Positions 8,911 to 19,477 of a stretch of 64,000 nt of DNA are shown here, piece by piece. A program made the position numbers and the translations under genes. A model generated the notes under the pieces. That model had not been told where the DNA came from, searched no databases, and saw only the letters and a list, made by a program, of their open reading frames with translations. Each line of letters begins with the position of its first letter. Position 1 is the stretch's first letter. The stretch lies in NCBI GenBank assembly GCA_964455675.1, contig CAYVYK010000007.1:40166-104165 (forward strand). Direction: 5' to 3'. This DNA is from an uncultured Methanosarcinales archaeon (GTDB taxonomy: Archaea; Nanobdellota; Nanobdellia; Woesearchaeales; CAYVYK01).

Positions 8911-10184
8911 CGTGACTTTTCGCTACGCTTTTTGCGAACTGCGCGGAAGATGAGGAAGCCGATCACGACAATCACCACGACAATAATGACGCCAATCCAG
9001 GGATTGGTCTTACCATTATTGTATTGCTTTGCCTTCAACGCAGAGATTATAGGGACTTTCACCGAGGAAGTCATTGTATACTGCTTGTTCGTGGAGTCAC
9101 TGTACGTCATCTGTACCGGAATCGAAAGTTCCTCAGTAGCCGAAGGATGGACAAAGATCTCCAGATCGGCAGTCTGATAGTCATCAGAGTCAATCTCACC
9201 GATATAATTTTCTGCTGGCGAGAGTATATCATATTGCACAGTATTCCCGATTGTAGTGTACAAGAATTTGACACCCGTCGGTCCCTTGTTGATGTAGCGC
9301 AAACTCAGTTTCGCTTTCTGACCGGGCGTAATCATTCCGTCAGGCTCAGCAGTAACGATGAGATCGGGAGTTCCTCCTACAATGAGCGATGTGAGTACCT
9401 CTTTTGTATAGTTGCTCTCCAGGGAATCAATATACTCTATAGAGATTGGTACACGATAAATCTTAGCGATAGCGTCACTTTCTGCTATCAGATGAAATTG
9501 TACTTGCATCGTCTGCCCAGGATCAAGGAACTGTATTGTTTTTTCGTTAATAGAATCAACTGGCGCGAAAGGAGTCGTGTCTGAGAGATCCAAGCGAACA
9601 CGTACGTCCCTCACATAGGTACCTGCTTGGTTATTCACCTCAAGCGTGAGGAAGGTCTCGCCCCCGGGTTGCACCCGAGAGGGATCGGACTTTACGCCAC
9701 TGATCTCAACATTCGCTCTGCTTACCTGAACAACAACATAGAACGGCGTCAGATCAGCCCATGTATTGCCACCATCCTTAGAATAGCGCAAATCCAAACG
9801 GTGGTTTCCCTGAGGAGCGTTCTTATCGACTTGCAAACGATAACGTATGATGTACGCATCCCGCCCTGTATTCAAATTGTCCACAGTTCCAAGGCGTACC
9901 TCTGCAGGTGTTGAGGGATCAATAGTAAAAGGATACTCAGGATCAAGAGCGACAACGAGATTGCTGATTTCACCACTCAAGACCTGCACCTTGAAACGCA
10001 CATCGACAAAGGCACCAGGACGCACAGGATCAGGATCCTGATTTACAAAGTATGTCGGCAGATCCCCAGTGTTATAATTGGAATCATGACGAATGTCAAC
10101 ATACCCTGACGCTTCGGCAAGCACAACCGGCGCTAGTATGAGCATAACACTGATTATTCCAATGGATGACAGTACATTTTTCAT
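8907..10184 (-). CDS. secreted surface protein with cleavable signal peptide and C-terminal TM anchor (ABC-transporter-associated)
   Basis: 425 aa. N-terminal signal ...VVLA/EASG. C-terminal hydrophobic helix IGVIIVVVIVVIGFLIF followed by RAVRKKRSEKSR. Embedded in the ABC operon. Confidence 0.5.
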   Translation of the reverse strand: MKNVLSSIGIISVMLILAPVVLAEASGYVDIRHDSNYNTGDLPTYFVNQDPDPVRPGAFVDVRFKVQVLSGEISNLVVALDPEYPFTIDPSTPAEVRLGTVDNLNTGRDAYIIRYRLQVDKNAPQGNHRLDLRYSKDGGNTWADLTPFYVVVQVSRANVEISGVKSDPSRVQPGGETFLTLEVNNQAGTYVRDVRVRLDLSDTTPFAPVDSINEKTIQFLDPGQTMQVQFHLIAESDAIAKIYRVPISIEYIDSLESNYTKEVLTSLIVGGTPDLIVTAEPDGMITPGQKAKLSLRYINKGPTGVKFLYTTIGNTVQYDILSPAENYIGEIDSDDYQTADLEIFVHPSATEELSIPVQMTYSDSTNKQYTMTSSVKVPIISALKAKQYNNGKTNPWIGVIIVVVIVVIGFLIFRAVRKKRSEKSR

Positions 10185-10200
10185 AGATATCCCTCCAGGT

Positions 10201-10899
10201 TCATGATTTCACCATGACTGATCTCTCAATCTGACCATCCTTCAAATATTCGATACGATGCGCAAAGTGGGCAACGTTATCATCATGCGTCACGAGAATA
10301 ATTGTTTTTCCCTCTTCCAAATGCAGTTTCTTAAGGAAATCCATCACGATCTTCCCTGTTTTTGAATCAAGATTTCCTGTTGGCTCGTCCGCGAGGATCA
10401 CTTCAGGATCGTTCGAAAGCGCCCGTGCGATCGCCACACGCTGCTGCTGACCACCTGACAACTCCGTAGGACGGTGATGCATCCGATCCTGAAGTTCCAC
10501 AAGCTTGAGAAGCGCGGTCGCCTTTTTAATCCGCTCATCCCTTGGCACACCCTGAAATGTCATGGGCAGCATCACATTCTCAAGAGCTGAAAGCGTAGGA
10601 ATGAGATTAAAACTCTGGAAGATAAAACCGATCATCCTCCCCCTAATCTGAGCAAGGTCTGACTCATGCAGCTGGGAGATGTCCTTGCCATCCAAAAAGA
10701 TCCTACCCTTTGTTGGAACATCAAGACAGCCAACCATATTCACTGCGGTGGACTTGCCACTTCCTGAAGGGCCCATGATGCTGATGAAGTCACCCCGCGT
10801 TACTTCAAGGTTCAAGCCTTGCAGGGCAGCTACCTCAACAGCGCCCATTGTATAAATCTTCCACACATTCTCAAGCTTGATGACTACATCTTTCTTCAT
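10201..10899 (-). CDS. ABC transporter ATP-binding protein (MacB/LolD-type)
   Basis: Walker A GPSGSGKST, signature LSGGQQQRVAIARAL, Walker B ILADEPTGNLD, H-loop VTHD. Likely start at MKKDVVIKLENVWKIY (ATG 10899) rather than the track start at 10935. Confidence 0.85.
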   Translation of the reverse strand: MKKDVVIKLENVWKIYTMGAVEVAALQGLNLEVTRGDFISIMGPSGSGKSTAVNMVGCLDVPTKGRIFLDGKDISQLHESDLAQIRGRMIGFIFQSFNLIPTLSALENVMLPMTFQGVPRDERIKKATALLKLVELQDRMHHRPTELSGGQQQRVAIARALSNDPEVILADEPTGNLDSKTGKIVMDFLKKLHLEEGKTIILVTHDDNVAHFAHRIEYLKDGQIERSVMVKS

Positions 10900-11062
10900 A
10901 GCAGCAACCACTCTCACGTATTCTATATGCATCACAATTCCTTACTTATAAAGATTTGGTCATAGATTCAAGATATGTATGAGAAAATACGTTCTCGGTA
11001 CAAGAAGAGTCGATTCTTCTCACGAGTTTTTCCGACGGCTCGGGGAAGCTTTGACACAAGAT

Positions 11063-11069
11063 TTATAAG
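11063..11069 (+). promoter_or_regulatory. TATA box (tttataa) 23 nt upstream of cdc48 ATG
   Basis: Read directly. Same TATA-to-start spacing recurs at 13637, 35215 and 39204. Confidence 0.45.
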
Positions 11070-11092
11070 GGAAGTTTCATCCCCCAGGAGGC

Positions 11093-13600
11093 ATGACAGA
11101 CAAGCAAATAAAGCTCAAAGTGGCAGAAGCAGTACAGGACGATGTCAATAAAGGCATTGCTAGGATAGACAACACCTATCTTCGCGAAATTGGTGTCAAG
11201 GCAGGAGAAATTGTCGAGATTGAAGGCGACCGTAAGACTGTCGTCATCGCAGACAGAGCATACCCAGGCGACATCGGGCTGAACATTATCAGAATGGATG
11301 GTATTTCCCGTAGAAACGCAAAGGCAGGAATAGGAGACCTGATCACCATACGGAAAGTTGAAGTTAAGGAAGGTAAAAAAATTGTCATTGCCCCTGTGAG
11401 AAAGGGGATCATCGTCAAAGCAAACCCACTCATATTCAAACATGGCCTCCTCGGAAGAGCCCTTGTCAAAGGAGACATCGTCGCGCTTGGGGGAACGTCA
11501 CGGCGCAGAACAGCTATGTCAGCATCACCATACTTTCCTGAACTCTTCGACATCCTTGAGGACGACACCCTCGGGATGGGATTTGGTTTTGGAGATCTCA
11601 AATTTGTCGTTATCGATGCGCAACCCGCAAAGACTCCAGTGTTTGTCAGTGAGGGCACGGAAATTGAGCTCAGCCCAGAAGCTGCGGAAGTCAAGGACGA
11701 AAAAACATTTGCAGAAGTCAGCTATGAGGACATCGGCGGTCTTTCTGAGGAGATTAAAAAAGTCCGCGAGATGGTCGAGCTACCGCTCAAGCATCCTGAG
11801 ATATTCGAACGGCTTGGCATCGACCCACCAAAAGGAGTACTACTCCACGGCCCACCAGGAACAGGAAAGACACTCCTTGCGAAAGCTGTCGCAAATGAGA
11901 CGAATTCGCATTTCATTCTCATCAATGGCCCCGAGATCATGAGCAAGTTCTACGGACAGAGCGAAGAGAACATCCGCAAGAAGTTTGAGGAAGCGGAAAA
12001 AAGCGCCCCAAGCATCATATTCATCGACGAAATCGACGCGATCAGCTCGAAGCGCGAAGAGACTCACGGTGAAGTGGAACGACGCGTCGTTGCACAACTC
12101 CTCGCACTCATGGACGGCCTTCAGAGCAGAGGCAAGGTCGTTGTAATCGCGGCAACGAACATTCCAAACTCGCTTGATCCAGCGCTTCGAAGGCCAGGAC
12201 GGTTCGACCGCGAGATTGAGATAGGCGTGCCCGACAAGATCGGCAGGCACAACATCCTCAAGATCCACACGAGAAACATGCCACTCGCTGATGATATTTC
12301 CGTACTCCGCGACAAAAAAGACGTCGACAAAGAATATCGCGACGCCCTCGCTGACCTTTTCCAATATAGCAAAGGGAAAAATCTCAAGGGAATGGAAAAG
12401 CGCATCAGTGCGTACCTAGCTGATAATCCTGGAAAATCAGAAATGTTCACAAAACTCGACGCAAAGAAACTTAAGAAAATCTATGAAGAAGTTGTCAGCG
12501 ATCCAAAATCAGTGAACATGCATGAAGTTGCCAGCATCACGCACGGATTCGTCGGAGCAGATCTCTCTGCACTGAGCAAGGAAGCCGCGATGATCGTGCT
12601 GCGTAAGGTCCTGCCGGACCTCGTGCTCAAGGAAGAGGAATCGATCCCGCAAGAACTCCTCGACAAACTCCTCATTACCATGGATGACTTTAAGGAAGCA
12701 CTCAAAGTCGTTCGGCCGAGCGCTCTTCGCGAGGTACTGATCGAGATGCCGAGCATCAAATGGGAACAAGTTGGGGGACTAGCCGAAGCAAAACGCGAAC
12801 TCAAGGAAGCAGTAGAGTGGCCCCTCCAAAATCCAGTCATGTTCACACGGCTTGGGGTACGTCCGCCAAAAGGGATTCTGCTTTATGGACCGCCGGGAAC
12901 AGGAAAGACACTCCTTGCGAAAGCTGTTGCGACAGAAAGCCAGGCAAATTTTATTTCGGTCAAGGGTCCGGAACTTCTCAGCAAATGGGTCGGAGAGAGC
13001 GAAAAAGCAGTGCGAGAAGTATTCAAGAAAGCCAGGCAGGCAAGTCCAAGCATCATATTCTTCGACGAATTTGACAGCATTGCACCACGGAGAGGAGCAC
13101 ACCAGGACTCAGCCGCGACGGAACGCGTCGTGAACCAACTGCTCACTGAGATCGATGGTATCATTGACATGGAAGATGTGGTCATTATTGCCGCCACGAA
13201 TAGACCAGATATGATCGATCCAGGATTACTGCGACCAGGACGGTTCGACAGGATCATATTTATTGGCATGCCAAACGAAGAGGCACGCAGAGCAATCTTT
13301 GATGTCCATAGCTCAAAAATGAAGCTTGGAAAAGACGTCGACCTGAAATCTCTTGCAGAACGAACAAGCGGTTATGCGGGAAGCGATATTGAAGCTGTGT
13401 GCAGAGAGGCAGCGATGATGGCATTACGCGAAAACCTCAATGCTAGCGCAGTCATGATGAAGCATTTTGAGGAAGCGATGGGAAAAGTCCCTCCATCACT
13501 CAACGAGGATATCGAGAAGCAGTACTCCGAACTCAAGGATAAACTCACATCGGCGCGAGCACGACAAATGAAGGAAGAAAAGCCTAGCTATTTTGGCTAA
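11093..13600 (+). CDS. cdc48: Cdc48/VAT-type AAA+ ATPase with two AAA domains and a lineage-specific insertion of about 70 aa in D1
   Basis: 835 aa. Two Walker A motifs [15 protein letters not shown], two DEID/DEFD Walker B motifs, N-domain double-psi barrel region. Extra segment between MPLADDISV and [17 protein letters not shown]. Confidence 0.9.
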   Translation: MTDKQIKLKVAEAVQDDVNKGIARIDNTYLREIGVKAGEIVEIEGDRKTVVIADRAYPGDIGLNIIRMDGISRRNAKAGIGDLITIRKVEVKEGKKIVIAPVRKGIIVKANPLIFKHGLLGRALVKGDIVALGGTSRRRTAMSASPYFPELFDILEDDTLGMGFGFGDLKFVVIDAQPAKTPVFVSEGTEIELSPEAAEVKDEKTFAEVSYEDIGGLSEEIKKVREMVELPLKHPEIFERLGIDPPKGVLLHGPPGTGKTLLAKAVANETNSHFILINGPEIMSKFYGQSEENIRKKFEEAEKSAPSIIFIDEIDAISSKREETHGEVERRVVAQLLALMDGLQSRGKVVVIAATNIPNSLDPALRRPGRFDREIEIGVPDKIGRHNILKIHTRNMPLADDISVLRDKKDVDKEYRDALADLFQYSKGKNLKGMEKRISAYLADNPGKSEMFTKLDAKKLKKIYEEVVSDPKSVNMHEVASITHGFVGADLSALSKEAAMIVLRKVLPDLVLKEEESIPQELLDKLLITMDDFKEALKVVRPSALREVLIEMPSIKWEQVGGLAEAKRELKEAVEWPLQNPVMFTRLGVRPPKGILLYGPPGTGKTLLAKAVATESQANFISVKGPELLSKWVGESEKAVREVFKKARQASPSIIFFDEFDSIAPRRGAHQDSAATERVVNQLLTEIDGIIDMEDVVIIAATNRPDMIDPGLLRPGRFDRIIFIGMPNEEARRAIFDVHSSKMKLGKDVDLKSLAERTSGYAGSDIEAVCREAAMMALRENLNASAVMMKHFEEAMGKVPPSLNEDIEKQYSELKDKLTSARARQMKEEKPSYFG

Positions 13601-13636
13601 CTGTTGTCACTATTTAGTGGTTATTTTCCGAAAGGT

Positions 13637-13644
13637 TTATAAAG
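13637..13644 (+). promoter_or_regulatory. TATA box (tttataaa) 23 nt upstream of ATG 13667
   Basis: Read directly. Confidence 0.45.
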
Positions 13645-13666
13645 GAGTACTACCATTTACTTTACA

Positions 13667-14671
13667 ATGGGCAAGCGTTATCGCATCGGTGTCGTTGCAG
13701 ATATCCATGAGCATCCTGAATACTTAGCTCCAATTCTCTCGAAAATGAAAGCAGCAGGAATAGACGCACTCATCGGCAACGGAGACCTAGGGCAGGGCGC
13801 AGAGATGATCACCGATACCGTTCGGCAACTCGGTGAAACCGGGAAGCAGCTAAACATTCCCGTGCGATGGCACGAGGGAAGCCACGAATCAATTCTCGAC
13901 CACCTGCGCGTTCGCGGCGCACTAGGCGAGGCTTATGAACAGATGAAACATAGTATGGAAGCCCCACTCATTTCATTCGGCGATGAATTCCAGGTTCTCA
14001 CGATACCAGGATCAGACATTCTCTCAGGAAGCGGACAGTTTAAGCTGGATAATAGACTTGCAACAGGACTCTACGAAACAACACAGGGAGAACCGCAACG
14101 CATCGCACCTGAGCAACTTCAACTCATGCTCCAGAACGGATACGGACAGTACCTCATGCAAGTCTACAACATCAACGACGTCGACCAGGTTCTTGCGGGA
14201 AGCAACATCCCGTCGCGCAACACGCTCGCAGTATGTCACGTCCCTGCAGCATTTGAAGACCTAGAACATGGAGTTGACAGGGCATATTACTCAACATTCA
14301 ACACGGCACAAGGAAGAAGCCTTCGACCTGCAGACGCGGTGGAAGCACTCGTCGTGGAACTGTGGGGAGACCTTGGAAGCCTGGACTATCGAGCATATGA
14401 GACAGGCCACAGCCTTGAACACGGAAATGTCGGAAACAAAGCGCTCCGAAGATCCCTCAAAAAGAATAGAGTGCCATCCGCAGTGAACTCCCACATCCAC
14501 GAGAGCGGATGGAACGCACACACTGCTGATGGAACACGTGCGAATGAACGCACAGCATACAAAACACTTTTCCACAATACCGGAAGCGTCGATCAAGGAA
14601 AAGCCGCGATCTATACGGCAGAGGTCACCGACAGAGGAGTCACATTCTCATACGAGAACATCCAAGTTTAG
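13667..14671 (+). CDS. metallophosphoesterase (calcineurin-like phosphoesterase) family protein
   Basis: 334 aa. Motifs GVVADIHEH and GNGDLG match the MPE signatures D-x-H and GD-x-x-D. Confidence 0.7.
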   Translation: MGKRYRIGVVADIHEHPEYLAPILSKMKAAGIDALIGNGDLGQGAEMITDTVRQLGETGKQLNIPVRWHEGSHESILDHLRVRGALGEAYEQMKHSMEAPLISFGDEFQVLTIPGSDILSGSGQFKLDNRLATGLYETTQGEPQRIAPEQLQLMLQNGYGQYLMQVYNINDVDQVLAGSNIPSRNTLAVCHVPAAFEDLEHGVDRAYYSTFNTAQGRSLRPADAVEALVVELWGDLGSLDYRAYETGHSLEHGNVGNKALRRSLKKNRVPSAVNSHIHESGWNAHTADGTRANERTAYKTLFHNTGSVDQGKAAIYTAEVTDRGVTFSYENIQV

Positions 14672-14849
14672 AAGTGACAGAATATCGTACTCGCAGGTTT
14701 TATAAAACACAGGATACTCAAACAGCGCATGAAGCGAATGCTCCAGCAGACAATCACCCTCAATGCACACTGTGCAATATCAAGTGGCACACGACAGTCA
14801 CATCAAGGTCCCTATCTTACACCTTGGACCGCTAAAAAAGAGGAGACCA

Positions 14850-15566
14850 ATGGCACGACATGAAATCTCCGTCATATTCCCAACATACAACGAAAGGGGA
14901 AACATCAAGGAGCTACTGGCGGAAACAAAAGCAGCGCTCACCAAGATTGGAACAACGTACGAAATCCTTGTCGTTGATGACAACAGCCCGGACGGAACAA
15001 GTGATGCAGTGCGAACAATTATGAAGAAGGAGAAGCATGTCCACCTACTGCATCGGAAAAACAAACGAGGACTAGCAACCGCGATCAGGGATGGCATCGA
15101 ACGAACGGATGGCAACACCATCATTATATTTGACACCGATCTCTCGCAGCACCCAAGATACATCCCATCACTCTACCGAAAGATGCAGCAGACGAACGCA
15201 GACATGGTTGTCGCATCCCGATACCTGCCTAAAGGAGACATGGAAGGGAACGCATACCGACATACCCTCAGCGCCATGCTCAATCGGGCACTCCGCATGA
15301 TCCTAGGCATCAAACTGACTGACCTTACGGGCGGCTTTTTCATCATCAAGCGCGACTCCCTCTCGGCAATCGATCTGCAAACATCGTTCGTCGGGTATGG
15401 TGACTACTTCTTTACCATGACATACAATCTCAAAAAAGCAGGCAGGGACAACTTCCAGGAGATACCGTATGTATATGAACCTAGAAAGTATGGACAAAGC
15501 AAGACAAAAGTGCTGCGTGTTGGAATAGCATATCTCACAACAGCCTTACGAATTCGGTTTACCTAA
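14850..15566 (+). CDS. GT2 dolichol-phosphate mannosyl/glucosyltransferase-like protein (Dpm1/AglJ-like)
   Basis: Longest ORF begins at 14763. The start is likely ATG 14850 (MARHEISVIFPTYNE) with aggaga SD. Motifs VVDDNSPDGT and FDTDLSQHP. Confidence 0.75.
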   Translation: MARHEISVIFPTYNERGNIKELLAETKAALTKIGTTYEILVVDDNSPDGTSDAVRTIMKKEKHVHLLHRKNKRGLATAIRDGIERTDGNTIIIFDTDLSQHPRYIPSLYRKMQQTNADMVVASRYLPKGDMEGNAYRHTLSAMLNRALRMILGIKLTDLTGGFFIIKRDSLSAIDLQTSFVGYGDYFFTMTYNLKKAGRDNFQEIPYVYEPRKYGQSKTKVLRVGIAYLTTALRIRFT

Positions 15567-16307
15567 AGACCTCGAGCTCCAGCGATCCATGAACGCAGGG
15601 ACAAGGTTGTTCAGTTGAGCAAGACGCTTGACAGAAAATAAAGGATCATTCTCCTCATCGCGCTTCTGCACGGGCGGGTGTTCATAATCGACGCTCACAG
15701 ACACGACGCGCCTCCCATCGATGATGGCGTCCAACACAGGCACATGCAGTGAGTCCCAGAGATCACCGTATTTTCCGTCGTATTCCAGAAAGTATCTTGA
15801 TGATTCACGACTCCATGTGCGCGGCCCAAACCACATGTCGAGAGGAACTCCCGTGATCTGATGCCATACTAGGTTACCGAGAAGCTCAGCATACGCTTGA
15901 GCAGTGGGATACGACTGCAGAGATACCCTCGCAGGAACGACAAGGTCTGCGCGACCCTGCACTATGGGAGAAGCAGTACTGGGCAGAAAAGGAACGTATG
16001 AGAATTTCTCTGGTTCTGCCCATGCGATAACTGACCTATGTGTATCATACGCGGCGCGAATACCCTGACGCCGGCCAGCACCCATTCCTTTGTCTTGCTC
16101 CTCAAATACCCGCGCGCCTGCCAAGGAGAAATGGTGCCTTGTATTATCATCTGATGCATCGATCACCACGCACTCAATACCTGATGCCACCGCAGACTGC
16201 ACTGTTTGAATGGCGCACTGATACCTATTCAGGTCAATACTTGCAGAAGAGTATTTTGTGGCAGTTACCAGAACGATTCTCTCTCCGATCGAATCTGCTG
16301 ATTGCAT
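15546..16307 (-). CDS. hypothetical protein, possible nucleotide-sugar transferase-like fold
   Basis: 253 aa ORF. Motif CVVIDASDDNT is weakly GT-A-like. Convergent 21-nt overlap with the Dpm1-like gene. Confidence 0.3.
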   Translation of the reverse strand: MQSADSIGERIVLVTATKYSSASIDLNRYQCAIQTVQSAVASGIECVVIDASDDNTRHHFSLAGARVFEEQDKGMGAGRRQGIRAAYDTHRSVIAWAEPEKFSYVPFLPSTASPIVQGRADLVVPARVSLQSYPTAQAYAELLGNLVWHQITGVPLDMWFGPRTWSRESSRYFLEYDGKYGDLWDSLHVPVLDAIIDGRRVVSVSVDYEHPPVQKRDEENDPLFSVKRLAQLNNLVPAFMDRWSSRSLGKPNS

Positions 16308-16472
16308 TTACCCATAGGGGGAACAAGGGAGATATAAAGTTAACCTTTTTTTCATCATCTGTTAGTAGTAATCCCCCGAACCCGTAATTTTTTAGTCCTG
16401 ATCCTATTCGTAGGATTATGCTCTATAAGGTTTTAATAGTACCATACCACAACCACAGAAAGGTGATTATGC

Positions 16473-17573
16473 TTGATACACATCCCCGTGCTTGAACCAG
16501 ACATTGGCAAAGATGAACAAGAAGAACTCATGGACGTCATACGGACACGGTGGGTCACTGAGGGGCCTAAGACCAAGCTCATGGAGCAGAAGTTTTCGGA
16601 GATGGTTGGAGTCACTCATGCCATTGCGTACGCGAACGGAACACTCGCGCTCTATGCACTCCTCAAAGCGCATGGCATCAAGGAGGGCGATGAAGTCATC
16701 GTGCCGGATCTCACATTCATCGCAACAGCAAATGCAGTCATTCTCGCAGGAGCAACACCAGTCTTTGTGGATGTTCATCCCTACACATATTGTATCATGC
16801 CAGAAGCAATCGAGCGCGCAATCACAGCACGAACGAAAGCGATCATGCCCGTGCACCTCTACATCCAAATGGCAGACATGCCACGAATCATGGACATCGC
16901 GAAGAAGCATGCGCTCATCGTCATCGAAGACGCCGCCCAGGCAATCGGCATGAAGATTGCGGGAAAACATGCTGGAAGCTTCGGGCATTCAGGAATGATC
17001 AGTTTCTATGGCAATAAAACAATAACCACAGGAGAAGGAGGAATCGTCCTCACGAACGATGACGAGATCGCACGATCATGCTATCGCCTCAAAAACCATG
17101 GAAGGGACAGAAAGGGAATTTTTGTCCATGAACATATCGGGTACAATTTTAGCTTTACCGATCTCCAGGCAGCGGTCGCACTTGGCCAGCTCAAAAAGCT
17201 ACCTCAAGAACTTGAACGAAAAAACCAGATACGAGCGTACTATGAACGTAAGCTCCATGGCATCGTCAAATTCGCATCGGTCGATCCACAATGTACACCT
17301 GTGCACTGGCTAACAAACGTACTCGTCGATGACCCAGGAGCACTCGCGCAGCACCTCGAAACCCTTGGAATCCAAACGCGAAGATTCTTCCTCCCACTTC
17401 ATCAGCAGCCATGCTACAAGCATCTGAAGATCAAAAACAAATTTCCAAACGCAGATGCGGCATACGATCACTGTCTCTCGCTCCCTTCGGGAACAAGACT
17501 AAGCCAAAAGGAACTGGACGAAGTGTGCACGGCAATACAAAAGTTCTATGCACGAACCGCCACCAAGAGATGA
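16473..17573 (+). CDS. DegT/DnrJ/EryC1/StrS-family PLP-dependent sugar aminotransferase
   Basis: 366 aa. TTG start with SD aaaggtga. Conserved PLP lysine in SFYGNKTITTGEGG. N-terminal IPVLEPDIGKDEQEEL is typical. Confidence 0.8.
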   Translation: MIHIPVLEPDIGKDEQEELMDVIRTRWVTEGPKTKLMEQKFSEMVGVTHAIAYANGTLALYALLKAHGIKEGDEVIVPDLTFIATANAVILAGATPVFVDVHPYTYCIMPEAIERAITARTKAIMPVHLYIQMADMPRIMDIAKKHALIVIEDAAQAIGMKIAGKHAGSFGHSGMISFYGNKTITTGEGGIVLTNDDEIARSCYRLKNHGRDRKGIFVHEHIGYNFSFTDLQAAVALGQLKKLPQELERKNQIRAYYERKLHGIVKFASVDPQCTPVHWLTNVLVDDPGALAQHLETLGIQTRRFFLPLHQQPCYKHLKIKNKFPNADAAYDHCLSLPSGTRLSQKELDEVCTAIQKFYARTATKR

Positions 17574-19444
17574 TCCTTGGAATATACAATCCTCCAATTG
17601 GGAGAATCTCGTACTTCACTGCGCAAATCCTCAAGGGGCCTACGTACAACGCTCTCTTGATGGGCACTCTCTATAAAACCCAAGAAACGATCATTCCGAA
17701 TAATTTTCCCAATACCATGAGAGACACTCGCGAGAAAGCGGGATCTCTCGTCACTTGACTCAAGAATTATGACGGTGTTTACGTCCTGCGCTTCAAGTAC
17801 ATCTTGATGCTGTGAAAAATTATTTCTCATTGCGAGATACAGGTTATGCAGCTCCAGCCACTTCGTATCAAGCTCAATCGTATGGCCGACACTTTCTGCG
17901 TAGAGTACGTTATGAGCTGCAATCAAGGGCACAAGCCGTCCATCAGGGTACACAAGATCATAACCACGAGAAGGAACATTGTCCCTAACCCAACGCAAGG
18001 CCTCATAGTCATTGTAGGACAAGGAAAAATATTTCTCAGAGTAAGAGAAAAGGAAGAGACTCAGGAAGACACCATACACGACAAGCAGGATGATCAAATG
18101 GAGTCTCCAATGTCGTGCCTCGAGAAACATCCGCGCAGCAAGCACGGATATTACTGGCGAGAGAAGCATGAGATAGTAACTCCCTATCAAAGGGTAGATC
18201 ACAATGTAATCGATACCCATGCCGATTGAAAGCAGAGCGGCTGCAATACATACCAGAACGACCGGCATCATAAAATCAGCGTCCTTTCGAATCCGTGGGA
18301 TACATACTAAGAGGAGAGCAGGAATCAACAATAGGCCATACCTGATAAGATTACGCTCAATCCCACCACCCTCATTCCACTGGTCAACATCGAGCGACAA
18401 AGAACCCTGGTCGTGAGAGACTATGGCCATATAGTTATCACCGTTTTTTACGAGGAATGGAACAAGAAGAATCAGAACACCAAGCAGGACAGCAGCGCCG
18501 TATTGGATAACCTTCCTACTCGCCAATGCTCTCATGCCCACTCCATTTCTCACCCACATCCCAAGATAAGCCATGATCAAGCACACCACCGCGACAGTCG
18601 CCATATAATCATGAATCGCTATCATCGCACTCACTAGTAAACCGACGAAAAACGCAGACGCCCGATCGAACGGGTCATGCATCAGATACACACACGCAAA
18701 GAAAAGCAGGATAACAACAAGGCGCATGCCGTTCGAGTAGAGAAGTATCGTCTCTGTAACACTGAGGAACGCAACAAACCCCGCGCTCCAAAGGGCCCAT
18801 GTCACATTTCGTGACCAGACCAATACCATGCAATACATCACGAGAGGCAGGAGTGCTGCGAGGCAATGTATCAGAACACCAAAAACGAGTTCTGGAGGAA
18901 GATGAAAACCAATAGCAGGGAACGCTGCAAGGTAGCTCATGCCAGGGGGTATGACCTGCGGCCTCTCAATTGAGAAGCCAAGGGATGAAGTGATGGTTCC
19001 ATCGTTGACGAGCCCTGCCATGACGAGCTGCGAAAAGCTCATGTCGCCGGACGATACTGGCGTGCGAACATAGCTTGCCGCATGAAGCAGGAAACCTCCC
19101 AGAACAAGCAGAGCAATCCATTTCAATCCTTGCGGCCTCCTCAGCGTCCTTAACTCCAAAGAGTACTTCCAGAGACAGAACAATGACAAGAGGATCAGAA
19201 TCAGGTACAGAAGCAGAATGATCGGCTGACGAAACGATGCTGCGAGATCAAGCATCAATCCAAGGAAGATGAACAAAGGCAAAGGGAGCACGGCAGCAAG
19301 GAGAAGAACTCTTTCCCAGTGCTTCTGAACGAATCGTTTCCTTACCAGGGGAAGAAGAAACGGAATGAACAGGATGTAGTGAGCAAGCAACACAACCAAT
19401 ATAAGAATACACTGAAGGACCACGCCTACTGCAAAGTTTGTCAT
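17546..19444 (-). CDS. large polytopic membrane protein (more than 12 TM), putative GT-C-type glycosyltransferase or glycan polymerase
   Basis: 632 aa, almost entirely hydrophobic helices. Located in a glycosylation cluster. No recognisable WWDYG motif. Confidence 0.4.
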   Translation of the reverse strand: MTNFAVGVVLQCILILVVLLAHYILFIPFLLPLVRKRFVQKHWERVLLLAAVLPLPLFIFLGLMLDLAASFRQPIILLLYLILILLSLFCLWKYSLELRTLRRPQGLKWIALLVLGGFLLHAASYVRTPVSSGDMSFSQLVMAGLVNDGTITSSLGFSIERPQVIPPGMSYLAAFPAIGFHLPPELVFGVLIHCLAALLPLVMYCMVLVWSRNVTWALWSAGFVAFLSVTETILLYSNGMRLVVILLFFACVYLMHDPFDRASAFFVGLLVSAMIAIHDYMATVAVVCLIMAYLGMWVRNGVGMRALASRKVIQYGAAVLLGVLILLVPFLVKNGDNYMAIVSHDQGSLSLDVDQWNEGGGIERNLIRYGLLLIPALLLVCIPRIRKDADFMMPVVLVCIAAALLSIGMGIDYIVIYPLIGSYYLMLLSPVISVLAARMFLEARHWRLHLIILLVVYGVFLSLFLFSYSEKYFSLSYNDYEALRWVRDNVPSRGYDLVYPDGRLVPLIAAHNVLYAESVGHTIELDTKWLELHNLYLAMRNNFSQHQDVLEAQDVNTVIILESSDERSRFLASVSHGIGKIIRNDRFLGFIESAHQESVVRRPLEDLRSEVRDSPNWRIVYSKDHLLVAVRA

Positions 19445-19477
19445 GCACCAAGGGTTCAGGATTCACTATAAAATCCT

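Noticed and set aside
11176-12846. Multiple 100-175 aa ORFs in alternative frames across cdc48
   Set aside because: Embedded within an unambiguous 835-aa AAA+ gene; no independent signals.
16467-16988. 173-aa minus-strand ORF and 153-aa plus-strand alternative-frame ORF inside the DegT gene
   Set aside because: Overlap a strongly supported PLP-enzyme frame; Cys/His/Ser-rich low-complexity translations.
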